The notes under the pieces are model-generated. The model was not told where the DNA came from, ran no database searches, and was given only the letters and a program-made list of their open reading frames with translations. The position numbers and the translations under genes were made by a program. Positions 1 to 9,558 of a stretch of 64,000 nucleotides of DNA are shown in pieces. Numbering within the stretch: the first letter of the stretch is position 1; each line of letters starts with the position of its first letter. The DNA is from a bacterium (lineage in GTDB: Bacteria > UBP14 > UBA6098 > B30-G16), in NCBI GenBank assembly GCA_030613005.1, contig JAUWMV010000004.1, forward strand, positions 29,211 to 93,210, in the 5' to 3' direction.

Positions 1-688
1 TAGAAACATATCCTTCCTTCACTGCAGTAATGTCGGTATTAATATCAGAATCCATATTAACCAGTATCCCGCTAATCCAAAAATACGCACCGCCTTGCGG
101 ATCAATTCGTTTCTCGAAAAAATCATCAAAATATGAATCAGCCTGACGCGTTATTTTATATCCCTCGAGTTTATCTAAAGGTTTGGCAGGAACATTAACA
201 TTTAGGAAAACGCCAGTTGGTAAACCATTTTCTAACACTTTTTTTCCAATTACGAATGCAGTCTCTGCGGATGGAGCAAAATCCACATCTTTATATGTCG
301 ACCCAAGAGAAACAGCAATCGATGGTACTTTAAGCATAGTACCCTCAGTTGCCGCCGAAACAGTACCCGAGTATATCAGTGATACGCCAAGATTGTAACC
401 ATGATTTATTCCTGAAATCAATAAGTCTGGTTTTCCCTTTAGAATGACCTTAAGAGCAAGTTTTACGCAATCCGCAGGAGTTCCATTTATACAGTATTTC
501 TTAATGTTATTATCGTTGCCTAAATAATGAATTCTTAATGGTGTAGATAGGGTAATAGCATGCCCCACAGAACTTTGTTCCCTGTCCGGTGCAACGATAA
601 TCGTTTCATAATCCCTACTGATTCTTTTAGCAAGTACATTTATTCCAGCAGCATTAACACCATCATCGTTAACAATAAGAATAGCCAA
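1..688 (-). CDS. surE: 5'/3'-nucleotidase SurE (partial; C-terminus runs off the window start)
   Basis: Minus-strand translation from a TTG at 688..686 (GGAGG 6 nt upstream; in-frame TGA just before) gives MAILIVNDDGVNAAGINVLAKRI...HGYNLG...YSGTVSAA, which is the SurE signature. No ORF in the supplied track covers it. Confidence 0.8.
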   Translation of the reverse strand, partial: MAILIVNDDGVNAAGINVLAKRISRDYETIIVAPDREQSSVGHAITLSTPLRIHYLGNDNNIKKYCINGTPADCVKLALKVILKGKPDLLISGINHGYNLGVSLIYSGTVSAATEGTMLKVPSIAVSLGSTYKDVDFAPSAETAFVIGKKVLENGLPTGVFLNVNVPAKPLDKLEGYKITRQADSYFDDFFEKRIDPQGGAYFWISGILVNMDSDINTDITAVKEGYVS

Positions 689-873
689 TGTTCTCCTCCA
701 TAATCAAAACATTAATTTGCAAATAAAAATCCAATCGAGAAATATACACAATTTGTAAACATAATAATATCCTGAAATAAAATTCTCGGGCAATTTTTGA
801 AGAACAATTTATCTAAAATATAAAAGATTGACAAATGAAGAGTTTAAATCAAATTTTTTTATTGGTAACGAAT

Positions 874-1731
874 TTACTTCATAAATTCTAATAAGTCATC
901 CGCTGATGGGCTCTCATCTTCGTCACTTTTAATGGTTTTTGATTCTGGACTACTCTCCAAAGAACCTGCAAGACTTTCTTCTTGTGTTTCGATTATTTCC
1001 TGCTCTATTCCTGATTTTTCGACTTCTGAAACTAATATTTTATACCGTTTGTATGCAAGTTTCGCTTTCTCATTTTCATCCAATTTTTTTAAGCAATGTC
1101 CCATATACAAGTGAATTTCGGGAATACGAGGTTCTTGTTTGTATGCTGAATTAAGAAGCCAATATGCTTTTCGAGGTTTTTCTTCATGGTAATATGCAAT
1201 AGCTAGATTCACAATCGACACTGTATTATCCATAATACTTGCCGTATAAGGTTCCATCAATTCAATTGTCTCTGCAAATTTTTTCTGGTAATTTAAAATA
1301 TAAGCCAAATTATTCAAAGCTCTGATAAGTCCTAAGTCGTTGTCAAGCGCAATTTTGAATTCATCCTTAGCTTTTTCAAAATTCCCTCGTCTCATAGCGG
1401 TAAGTCCAAGCCTCATGTGTCCGGCAGGAGAATCCCGATCGATCTCGACGATTAGCTCGGCAATTCGTTCTGCAGCCGGAATACGGTTTGCCGCTAACAA
1501 AATATCAAAACCTTTCGATAATTTCACCAAAATTGGTTCCTCAGCAAGCAATACAGAAGAGATATCTTCTTGTTCCGGTAATCCTTCAATTATCGATAGT
1601 GCAAATTGAATTCTTTGCTGATCTTCCTCATCAGTAGAATCCATCCTTGGATGTTTTTTCATATTCCAAAGAATGAACGTAATTACAACAACTCCGACCA
1701 CAATAAGTATAGCTCCAATATACGGGAGCAT
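874..1731 (-). CDS. TPR-repeat protein with N-terminal transmembrane anchor
   Basis: 285-aa ORF with a hydrophobic N-terminus (AILIVVGVVVITFILW) followed by tetratricopeptide-like repeats (AYWLLNSAYKQE, LGLIRALNNLAYIL). Confidence 0.6.
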   Translation of the reverse strand: MLPYIGAILIVVGVVVITFILWNMKKHPRMDSTDEEDQQRIQFALSIIEGLPEQEDISSVLLAEEPILVKLSKGFDILLAANRIPAAERIAELIVEIDRDSPAGHMRLGLTAMRRGNFEKAKDEFKIALDNDLGLIRALNNLAYILNYQKKFAETIELMEPYTASIMDNTVSIVNLAIAYYHEEKPRKAYWLLNSAYKQEPRIPEIHLYMGHCLKKLDENEKAKLAYKRYKILVSEVEKSGIEQEIIETQEESLAGSLESSPESKTIKSDEDESPSADDLLEFMK

Positions 1732-1763
1732 GATTCTTTCTCCTTTAAAAAGTTAGCTTAATT

Positions 1764-2038
1764 GGTCCGTGCACCTTTTCCTCGACTCCCTTTTCCATGG
1801 TGTTCGAGTTTAAGCAACTCCGAACAAGCTACCCTACGGCACAGGAACTACTTATCCTACCGTTGCTCCCTCCCAGGCCTGGCGGAATTCAGATAGTGTT
1901 ACTTGCGCAGGACCTGGACATTAACATTACCGCCACCCAAACCCTCCACAGAGAGGTAAACCTCAGAGATGGAATTCAGCCCCGCGTATGCCGGGTTTCG
2001 GGTACAGGAGACCGGCAACCCCCCGCTTAGCACGGACC
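1764..2038 (-). ncRNA. ffs: Signal recognition particle RNA, long Bacillus-type with Alu domain
   Basis: GC-rich island in an AT-rich genome with a terminal pairing GGUCCGUGC...GCACGGACC. The minus-strand RNA begins GGUCCGUGCUAAGCGGGGGGUUGCCGGUCUCCUGUACC and contains GGUCCUGCGCAAG, CAGGCCUGGGAGGGAGCAAC (helix 8 motif), GUGCCGUAGGGU and a 3' AAGGUGCACGG. These are collinear with my recollection of the Bacillus subtilis scRNA (CCGUGCUAAGCGGGG, GGUCCUGCGCAA, CAGGUCCGGAAGGAAGCAGC, GUGCCGCAGGGU, AAGGUGCACGG). Confidence 0.8.
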
Positions 2039-2198
2039 TATAATTTCCACTAAACTTAATAACTATTTCAACTCATAAAGTCAAGAATCTATTTTTATAT
2101 TTAATACAATTACATGTTAGTAAATTACTTGCAATACTTTTTTTATATTTTATTTTTCTTTGTTCAACAGAAATCAAACAAATCGGTGAGAGGATAAT

Positions 2199-3161
2199 AT
2201 GCCGCCGGAATTCACATTACATTTTGAAAGACCCATTGTTGAATTGCAGAAAAAGATAGAAGAAATGAAAGTCATAGCCTCCCGTGATGGCGTTAACCTT
2301 AATAGTGAGATACTTTCACTTGAAAATCGATTAAATAAACTTAAAGTAGACATATATAAAAACCTTAGTAGATGGGAAAGGGTTCAGGTTGCTCGACATC
2401 CCAGAAGGCCAAATACATTAGATTTTCTTAACCGGATATCTTCAAATTTTATTGAAATTCATGGAGACAGAAATTATAGGGATGATCCAGCTGTGGTAAC
2501 CGGTTTTGCATCGATTGGAAAACATAAAGTCGTTGTTGTCGGTCAGCAAAAGGGACATGATGCCAACGAAAATATTAAACGCAATTTCGGAATGATGCAT
2601 CCTGAAGGTTACCGAAAAGCCTTACGAGCAATGAAACTTTCCGAGAAGTTTAGATTACCAGTTGTGATTCTAATCGACACTCCCGGAGCTTACCCCGGTA
2701 TTGGTGCAGAGGAACGCGGACAAGCAGAAGCAATTGCTAGGAATATTCGCGAAATGTCAAGACTAAAAACACCCATTGTAATATCTATTATCGGCGAGGG
2801 TGCATCGGGAGGAGCGTTGGGTATCGGGGTCGGCGATGTAATTCTTATGTTCGAGAATGCTTGGTTTTCTGTAATCTCACCAGAGGGATGTGCAGCGATC
2901 CTATTTCGAGACAAAACAGCAGCACCCCAATCCGCAGAAGCCCTCAAAATTAACGCTTACGATCTATTGGAGCTCGGTGTAATCGACGAAATTATTCCGG
3001 AACCTCCTGGAGGTGCACATTCCGATTGCATAATAGCTGCTAAAAATCTTAAAACTGCAATCACCCAGAAAATTGAAGAATTAATAGCAATTCCTTTAGA
3101 TGAGCTTTTAAGACTTAGGATAGAAAAATATCGACGGATGGGTGTGTTCAAGGAGGTCTGA
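2199..3161 (+). CDS. accA: acetyl-CoA carboxylase carboxyltransferase subunit alpha
   Basis: 320 aa; ARHPRRPNTLDF, TPGAYPGIGAEERGQAEAIA and IGEGASGGALGIGVGD motifs. GAGAGGA ribosome-binding site upstream of the ATG. Confidence 0.9.
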   Translation: MPPEFTLHFERPIVELQKKIEEMKVIASRDGVNLNSEILSLENRLNKLKVDIYKNLSRWERVQVARHPRRPNTLDFLNRISSNFIEIHGDRNYRDDPAVVTGFASIGKHKVVVVGQQKGHDANENIKRNFGMMHPEGYRKALRAMKLSEKFRLPVVILIDTPGAYPGIGAEERGQAEAIARNIREMSRLKTPIVISIIGEGASGGALGIGVGDVILMFENAWFSVISPEGCAAILFRDKTAAPQSAEALKINAYDLLELGVIDEIIPEPPGGAHSDCIIAAKNLKTAITQKIEELIAIPLDELLRLRIEKYRRMGVFKEV

Positions 3162-3162
3162 C

Positions 3163-4500
3163 ATGGAGCTTATGCTATCAATATCAGGAGCCAGAGGAAT
3201 TGTAGGAGAATCATTAACACCAATTGAAATCCTGAGAATTGTTAGTGCTTTTTCGCAACGTTTACCTAAAGGCAAGATATTAATAGGTCGCGACCCACGA
3301 CCATCCGGAAAGGCGATAGAAAAACTTCTCGAGGGGTATCTTCGTTTATTAGGACGGAACGTTGTTTTGCTGGGAATACTTCCCACACCAACGATTGGAC
3401 TTTGCGTGAAACACTCTGGTGCAGCAGGTGGGATAGCGATAACCGCTTCACATAATCCTGAACAATGGAACGCACTTAAACTTTTCAATTCAGAAGGTAT
3501 GTTTTTACCGGTGGAATTCTGGAATTCTGTAGAATCAGGCAAATTTGAAACTCCTGAATATGCTATACACTCAAAAGTAGGTGAAACTTCGTCAAAAACG
3601 GATTGTATTCAGTTACACCTCGAGAGAATTTTCGAGTTACCCTATGTAGATGTTACAGCAATCAAGGATTCAAAATTTCTAGTGGCTTATGACGGTTGCG
3701 GTGGTGCAGGACCAGCAACAATTCTTCCAATGCTCTCAAAGCTGGAAGTTAAGACAGTAGCGATTGGAACTGCCATGGATGGGAATTTTATTCATGAACC
3801 TGAACCTACTCCCAGAAACCTTGAAATGCTTTCAGAGCTAGTTCGAACAACAGGAGCATGTCTTGGGTTAGCCACCGACCCCGATGCTGATCGACTCGCT
3901 TTAGTTGACGAAACTGGTGCTCCCATTAGTGAGGAATATACTTTAGCATTAGCAGCGTTACATATTTTCTCAGAAAAACGTAGTGATTGCGTTGTCAATT
4001 TTTCAACAAGCATGATGATTGATGATATCGCAAAGGAACATGGAGTAAAAGTTCATCGCACACGGGTTGGTGAGTATCACGTCAGCAAATTGATGCTCGA
4101 GAAAAACGCAATAATAGGTGGGGAAGGCAATGGTGGTGTCATCATTCCTGAAATGCATCCTGTAAGAGATGCAACCACAGCAGCAGCAATTATTCTCACT
4201 TTAATGGCTAAAACAGGGAAAAAAGTTTCCGAACTTGTTTCGATGCTTCCAAAAAGATTCATGTTTAAGAAAAGAATGCCTTTTAGTGGAAACTTTTATA
4301 ATCTAGAAAGGAGTATCTTAAAATATTTTTCGGATAGAAAAGTGCGTTATGATGATGGTGTATGGGTCGGTTACGATAGCGGATTCATACATATACGACC
4401 GTCAAACACAGAACCTATTATTCGTTTTATTGTTGAAGATTCCGATGAATTGAATGCAAAGGAGTTAATTAAAACAGCCTTTAGAAGCATATCTGGCTGA
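3163..4500 (+). CDS. phosphohexomutase family protein (phosphoglucosamine/phosphomannomutase-like)
   Basis: Active-site TASHNP motif in GIAITASHNPEQWNALKL, and an alpha-D-phosphohexomutase domain order. Start taken at the ATG at 3163, 6 nt after AGGAGG and 1 nt after the accA stop. Confidence 0.75.
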   Translation: MELMLSISGARGIVGESLTPIEILRIVSAFSQRLPKGKILIGRDPRPSGKAIEKLLEGYLRLLGRNVVLLGILPTPTIGLCVKHSGAAGGIAITASHNPEQWNALKLFNSEGMFLPVEFWNSVESGKFETPEYAIHSKVGETSSKTDCIQLHLERIFELPYVDVTAIKDSKFLVAYDGCGGAGPATILPMLSKLEVKTVAIGTAMDGNFIHEPEPTPRNLEMLSELVRTTGACLGLATDPDADRLALVDETGAPISEEYTLALAALHIFSEKRSDCVVNFSTSMMIDDIAKEHGVKVHRTRVGEYHVSKLMLEKNAIIGGEGNGGVIIPEMHPVRDATTAAAIILTLMAKTGKKVSELVSMLPKRFMFKKRMPFSGNFYNLERSILKYFSDRKVRYDDGVWVGYDSGFIHIRPSNTEPIIRFIVEDSDELNAKELIKTAFRSISG

Positions 4501-4764
4501 CTGGTAAGTACAATTTCGCTTTTCTCTCCTACTATTCTCTAAAACACATTACTTAATAATAGTCAGTGTATTTTAAGAATTCATTTAAAAAGGTAATATT
4601 TTGGGTGCCTATGCCAAACATAGTGCTTTAATATTTTTTCATAGTATTCAAAATTTTCTGTCCTTAACTCATATTTTATTGTATTTTTACAATTAATTTG
4701 TTATATGAGAAAATTGTTTTGATATTTAAACCGCACAGATACAATAGGCAATATTTTCGAAAAT

Positions 4765-6021
4765 ATGAAAATTTTACTAAAAATTACTTTACTACTAACA
4801 ATAGTGAGTTGCGCATATGCTGATCTTTCGCTCGAGACTGGAATCGTTCTTAATAAACATGGCGAAATATACGGTTTGGGTTGGTTTGGATTAAAATCAA
4901 GATTAACTCCTGGAGTTGCTATCAACGCAGCATTAAAGAAAGAAGGATTTATTGCACCTGAAATCCTTGTGAAATATAGCGTCCCATTTTCAAAACATTT
5001 CAGAACCGATGTTGCTCCAATCGCAGGAATAAGAATAAACAAGTACTCAAAAACTTTTTTTGGAGCATTAAGTATAGTTGGCCGATATTTTCTATCATCC
5101 AAATTTCATGTTAATGTGGGAACAAGGATAGCAATGCCTTTTAAAACCGAAGAGAATTTCGAAGTAGGGCTAACCGCAGGAATTGAATACAGAATTGGGT
5201 TTAAGGATAGTGATAAGGATTGGATTCCTGATAAATCGGACAAATGCCCCAATACACCAGAAGATGCTTTCGTAAACAAATTCGGTTGTTCTATGGACTC
5301 GGATGGGGATGGTGTTTACGATGGAATCGATAAGTGTCCGGAAACTCCAATGGCTGCTTTAGTCGATTCCTTTGGATGTCCAACAGACAGCGACGTCGAT
5401 GGTGTCTTTGATGGAGTTGACCGATGTCCTGATACACCTGGTCATATCAATGTGGACTCAACAGGTTGCCCAAGTGACTCTGATATGGATGGTGTACCAG
5501 ATTTTGCAGATTCATGCGATTTAACTCCAGTAGGAGCAATTGTTGATATTATTGGCTGCCCCCGTGATACCGACGAAGATGGTGTAATCGACGGTCTTGA
5601 TCTATGTCCCAAGACACCAACAGGTTTTGAAGTAGATAGATTCGGATGCCCGAGAGTTCCACCAATAGAAACTGAAATTGTAGATAATCTGTATAATAAC
5701 TCTTTAGAAATTACAGCAACTGCCCTTAACATTCTTCAGCATATAGCATTAAGGCTTCGAGCATATCCAGAACAAAAAATTACTGCCAAAGTTTATACCG
5801 ATATTGAAGGAAGTCCCGCAAATAACCGTATGAGAGCAAAAAAAATCGCCGATAAGATTAATGAATTTTTCTTAAACCAAGGAGTAAAAAGCGAAACAAT
5901 AAGCTTCGAACCAATGGGAGAAAAAAATCCAATAATAAAGAAATATGGTTCTGAGGCTATGAAAAAGAACCGAAGAATCGTTTTTACTATAGATAATCTT
6001 GGACCTCAATCCTCGAATTAA
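4765..6021 (+). CDS. OmpA-family outer-membrane protein with thrombospondin type-3 (calcium-binding) repeats
   Basis: Signal peptide MKILLKITLLLTIVSCAYA. At least five repeats of the form DSDGDGVYDGIDKCPETP. C-terminal OmpA-like domain ending KNRRIVFTI. Confidence 0.75.
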   Translation: MKILLKITLLLTIVSCAYADLSLETGIVLNKHGEIYGLGWFGLKSRLTPGVAINAALKKEGFIAPEILVKYSVPFSKHFRTDVAPIAGIRINKYSKTFFGALSIVGRYFLSSKFHVNVGTRIAMPFKTEENFEVGLTAGIEYRIGFKDSDKDWIPDKSDKCPNTPEDAFVNKFGCSMDSDGDGVYDGIDKCPETPMAALVDSFGCPTDSDVDGVFDGVDRCPDTPGHINVDSTGCPSDSDMDGVPDFADSCDLTPVGAIVDIIGCPRDTDEDGVIDGLDLCPKTPTGFEVDRFGCPRVPPIETEIVDNLYNNSLEITATALNILQHIALRLRAYPEQKITAKVYTDIEGSPANNRMRAKKIADKINEFFLNQGVKSETISFEPMGEKNPIIKKYGSEAMKKNRRIVFTIDNLGPQSSN

Positions 6022-6345
6022 TATGAACTTAATAAATCTTGCGAATTATTAATATTATTATACCAAAATAAAAAGCTCACTCTCCAGCAACAAAACCCCA
6101 TAATGCAATAAGCATTAGATTTATTACGAGACTGAAATATACATCGAAGCTCATTAAATTTATAAACAGGCTCTGACCTAAGAAAAAAGTGTATATTTCT
6201 TATCCATAATTTTATCGGATTTTAAATCCCAAAATGCTTCGATAAAAAATATTAACATTTATAGATCTTTTTATCTTTGCCCAGTGTAGGATAAAGACTA
6301 TTATAATAGTTTTTGGTAGAGCATTAGCAAAAAGAGGAATATTTC

Positions 6346-7626
6346 ATGGCAAAACTTGACAATATCATTGTGGTTGGGCTCTTTTGGGGGGATGAAGGCA
6401 AAGCTAAAATAATAGACTATCTCTCTAAATCAGTGGAAATTATAATAAGATTCCAGGGTGGAGCGAATGCTGGGCATTCTGTTGAGATTGATGGAAAAAG
6501 GTATGTTCTTCATCAAGTTCCAACAGGCATTCTCAGACCCGAAAAACAATGCATAATGGGTGCAGGAACAGTTATTAATCTTCAAAGTCTTATAGAAGAA
6601 TTGCATACTCTTGAAAGTCAAGGTATCGAATGGCGTGGCAGATTATCTATCGATCCAAGAGCACATATAGTATTACCTTACCACAAACAGATCGAGAAAA
6701 TCTATGAATCTCATCACAAAATCGGTACAACTATTCGAGGTATCGGACCTGCATATAGCGACAAAGCCTTGCGGATTGGGATAAGAATAGGAGAATTGTC
6801 TCTTGGCACTCTTCAAATCGAAAAGAAATTGGATAAATGGATTAAGAATGTTGGTGTGCTATATTCACAGTATTACAACTTTGAATTTCAATCGCCGAGA
6901 ATCGTTGCTAAAGACCTTATGGAATCGGTGCAATTTTTAGGAAATATTGTTATCGATAAAACCATGTATCTCGACGAAATAGCCCGAACGAAAGGCGGAA
7001 TTCTCGCAGAAGGTGCACAAGGAACAATGCTCTCTATAAACTGGGGAACTTATCCATACGTAACGAGCTCAGAGACTATAGCCGGCGGTTCTGCAGAAAG
7101 TCTTTGTATGGATTTGCGACTGTTCAATAGGATAATTGGAGTTTCAAAAGCATTCTGCACAAGAGTGGGCATGGGTGCTTTCCCTACCGAAGGTGACGAA
7201 AATACTCAAGAGAAACTTCGAGGCTCCGGGGAAAAAGACACCGATGAGTTCGGAGCAACCACTGGCAGACCAAGGCGTTGTGGTTGGCTCGATGGAGTTA
7301 TTTTAAAGAACTCCTCACACATTAATGGCATCGATGAACTTGCTCTTACTAAATTGGATGCATTATCAGGTATTAATCCAATAAAATTAGCTGTCGAATA
7401 CAAATCCTTGTGTTGTAATATTCCTTCTTTACATAGTGAATTAGAAAATGTTGAGCCAATTTATGAAAACTTTGAAGGTTTTAATGGAAACATAACAGAA
7501 ACTCGAAATTGGGAAGATATTCCAAAGAACGCAAAACTTTACATTAAGCGAATTCAAGAGCTTTCTGGCTCACCTATCAAATTCATTGGCGTTGGTCCGG
7601 ATCGAGAAGATATTATTACAATATAG
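6346..7626 (+). CDS. purA: adenylosuccinate synthetase
   Basis: VVGLFWGDEGKAKIIDYLS, QGGANAGHSV, GIGPAYSDKA and GTTGRPRRCGWLD motifs; 426 aa. Confidence 0.9.
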   Translation: MAKLDNIIVVGLFWGDEGKAKIIDYLSKSVEIIIRFQGGANAGHSVEIDGKRYVLHQVPTGILRPEKQCIMGAGTVINLQSLIEELHTLESQGIEWRGRLSIDPRAHIVLPYHKQIEKIYESHHKIGTTIRGIGPAYSDKALRIGIRIGELSLGTLQIEKKLDKWIKNVGVLYSQYYNFEFQSPRIVAKDLMESVQFLGNIVIDKTMYLDEIARTKGGILAEGAQGTMLSINWGTYPYVTSSETIAGGSAESLCMDLRLFNRIIGVSKAFCTRVGMGAFPTEGDENTQEKLRGSGEKDTDEFGATTGRPRRCGWLDGVILKNSSHINGIDELALTKLDALSGINPIKLAVEYKSLCCNIPSLHSELENVEPIYENFEGFNGNITETRNWEDIPKNAKLYIKRIQELSGSPIKFIGVGPDREDIITI

Positions 7627-7650
7627 ACTCAAAATTCTCGGAGGTTCAAA

Positions 7651-8739
7651 GTGGTTCAAGAAGTGGATTTCCTGATAATCGGCGGTGGTCCAGCAGGATT
7701 AACCGCAGGATTGAGTGCTACTGATTTTGGAATTGAAACTTACCTCTTAGATGATGGCTTGACACTTGGCGGTCAACTTACTAAGCAAACCCACAAATTC
7801 TTCGGTTCAAAGATGGAAGGAGCTGGTATAAGAGGGTTTGTCATTGGAAAGCAGATGGTTGAAGAACTTAGCCTGAGAAAGAATTTTAAATGTTTTCTGC
7901 GAACGACAGCTGCAGGACTTTATGAGGACAGGATTTTAACTGCTGTCCGAAACGAAAATGAATGGCTTAAATTCCTACCAAAGAGAATCTTAATTGCCAC
8001 AGGTGCAAGCGAGAGAATGATAGCCTTTCCCGGAAATGATTTACCGGGTGTTTACGGTGCAGGTGCAGTTCAAACACTTATGAATGTATACGGAGTTAAG
8101 CCGGGAGAACGCGTTTTGATGATAGGTGCAGGAAATATCGGTCTCATTGTTAGCTATCAACTCATGCAGGCTGGAGTTAATGTTGCAGGAATTGTTGAGA
8201 TTACAAATAAAATAGGTGGATATTGGGTTCATGCAAGCAAGATTAGACGGTTGGGTGTGCCAATCCTAACTAATTACACCATTATCGAGGCTCGAGGAGA
8301 TGAAGTAGTGAATTTGGCAGTTATTGCGAAAGTCGACGGAAACTTTCAAGTTATTCTCGGTTCAGAGATCGAAGTTCCAGTTGATACTATATGCCTTGCA
8401 GTAGGACTTAATCCGACTCTCGAGCTTTTAATACAAGCCGGCATAGAAATGAAATACATTCCCATGCTTGGCGGAGATGTTCCACTAAGAGATCAAACAA
8501 TGCGAACAAATATTCATAACATTTATGTAGCAGGAGATGCTGCTGGTATTGAAGAAGCCTCGAGTGCTATGATTGAAGGAAACATAGCAGGTCTTGCTGT
8601 AGCCAAATCTTTAAGAGTAAGTATTCCAGATTTCAATGAAAAAATAGCTTTATTGCACAATGAACTCAAATCATTGCGCGCAGGACCATTAAGCGAGAAA
8701 ATAAAAATTGGACTTAGCAAAGTAACCGTTAATTGGTGA
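7651..8739 (+). CDS. FAD/NAD(P)-dependent oxidoreductase (pyridine nucleotide-disulfide oxidoreductase family)
   Basis: GTG start 6 nt after GGAGG. Two dinucleotide-binding motifs, DFLIIGGGPAGLTAG and VLMIGAGNIGLIVSYQL, with a downstream YVAGDAAG. Confidence 0.6.
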   Translation: MVQEVDFLIIGGGPAGLTAGLSATDFGIETYLLDDGLTLGGQLTKQTHKFFGSKMEGAGIRGFVIGKQMVEELSLRKNFKCFLRTTAAGLYEDRILTAVRNENEWLKFLPKRILIATGASERMIAFPGNDLPGVYGAGAVQTLMNVYGVKPGERVLMIGAGNIGLIVSYQLMQAGVNVAGIVEITNKIGGYWVHASKIRRLGVPILTNYTIIEARGDEVVNLAVIAKVDGNFQVILGSEIEVPVDTICLAVGLNPTLELLIQAGIEMKYIPMLGGDVPLRDQTMRTNIHNIYVAGDAAGIEEASSAMIEGNIAGLAVAKSLRVSIPDFNEKIALLHNELKSLRAGPLSEKIKIGLSKVTVNW

Positions 8740-8754
8740 ACTGAGGGGGTTAAA

Positions 8755-9546
8755 ATGCGAAGGCTATGGGTTTTGTCAGTGTTAATTTTTTTGGTAATAA
8801 TAAACTCTGGATGCGCACCTAAACGAGAAATCATTTTTCCACGTCCTCCCAGCATTTCAGAAGTGGAACTACTCGACTCACTATTGACAATGGATAATGC
8901 CCTTGAAAGTGTAATGATATCGGGTCAGGGGATAATCGATTTCGGTAAAGAAAAGGACAGATTTACAATAAATCAAATTGTCCGACGCAGCGATAATATG
9001 CTAAACATACATATCGATGGACCGATGGGGATGACCTTAGCAATTGGATGGTTTTGCCGATCAGAAGTCTTATGCATCTATATTCCGTATAAAAATGCTG
9101 CGTTATGGACACCTTTAGGTAAAGCTGAGGAAGATGTTCTTGTTCCTCCTGATCGCGACAAATTAGTGGATATTTTATCCGGAAGTACACCTATTGCGCA
9201 TTTTGCAGATTCTCTCATCTCTTTCGAAAAGGTCGAAACGGGTTATTATCTTACATTTAAAAAGAATAACGAAGTTTTTGTGGCTTTTGTAAGACCTAAT
9301 CCTTGGCATATAGTAAATTATCAATATTCAAGGCTCGATAACAATAAATCGCTTATCGATGTTACTTTAGGCGAAGGCCAAGTTACAAACGGAATATGGA
9401 CACCAAAAACAATAGAGATTTTCGCGCCAATTGTCAACCAGCGAATTCTTTTCAAAATTAAAAAATTACTCTTAAATCCTAACATTGCGGACTCTTTATT
9501 CGAGGTAGATATACCAGAGGATGTAGAATGGTTTAAGGCTTTTTAA
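8755..9546 (+). CDS. lipoprotein, function unknown
   Basis: Signal peptide plus lipobox: MRRLWVLSVLIFLVIINSGC. 263 aa. Confidence 0.5.
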   Translation: MRRLWVLSVLIFLVIINSGCAPKREIIFPRPPSISEVELLDSLLTMDNALESVMISGQGIIDFGKEKDRFTINQIVRRSDNMLNIHIDGPMGMTLAIGWFCRSEVLCIYIPYKNAALWTPLGKAEEDVLVPPDRDKLVDILSGSTPIAHFADSLISFEKVETGYYLTFKKNNEVFVAFVRPNPWHIVNYQYSRLDNNKSLIDVTLGEGQVTNGIWTPKTIEIFAPIVNQRILFKIKKLLLNPNIADSLFEVDIPEDVEWFKAF

Positions 9547-9558
9547 TAAATTTTAAGT

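Noticed and set aside
183-398. 71-aa plus-strand ORF
   Set aside because: Antisense to the clearly identifiable surE coding sequence.
932-1609. ORFs 932..1114, 939..1154 and 1340..1609 (+)
   Set aside because: They are embedded antisense within the TPR-protein gene, which has a coherent 285-aa product. No ribosome-binding sites.
1797-2030. 77-aa plus-strand ORF in the GC-rich island
   Set aside because: It lies entirely within the SRP RNA gene on the opposite strand. Its composition is driven by the RNA's GC-rich helices, and it has no ribosome-binding site.
1764-2038. RNase P RNA or tmRNA as the identity of the structured GC-rich element
   Set aside because: There is no GGAAAGUCCGGGCUCC / ACAGAAACCCGGCUUA P4 pair in the correct 5'/3' order, and no tRNA-like 3' end ending CCA with a T-loop. 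The sequence instead aligns along its whole length with long-form SRP RNA.
2690-4262. Minus-strand ORFs 2690..2947, 2957..3151, 3108..3542, 3266..3475, 3792..4013 and 4077..4262
   Set aside because: Antisense to accA and the phosphohexomutase gene, both strongly supported by motifs.
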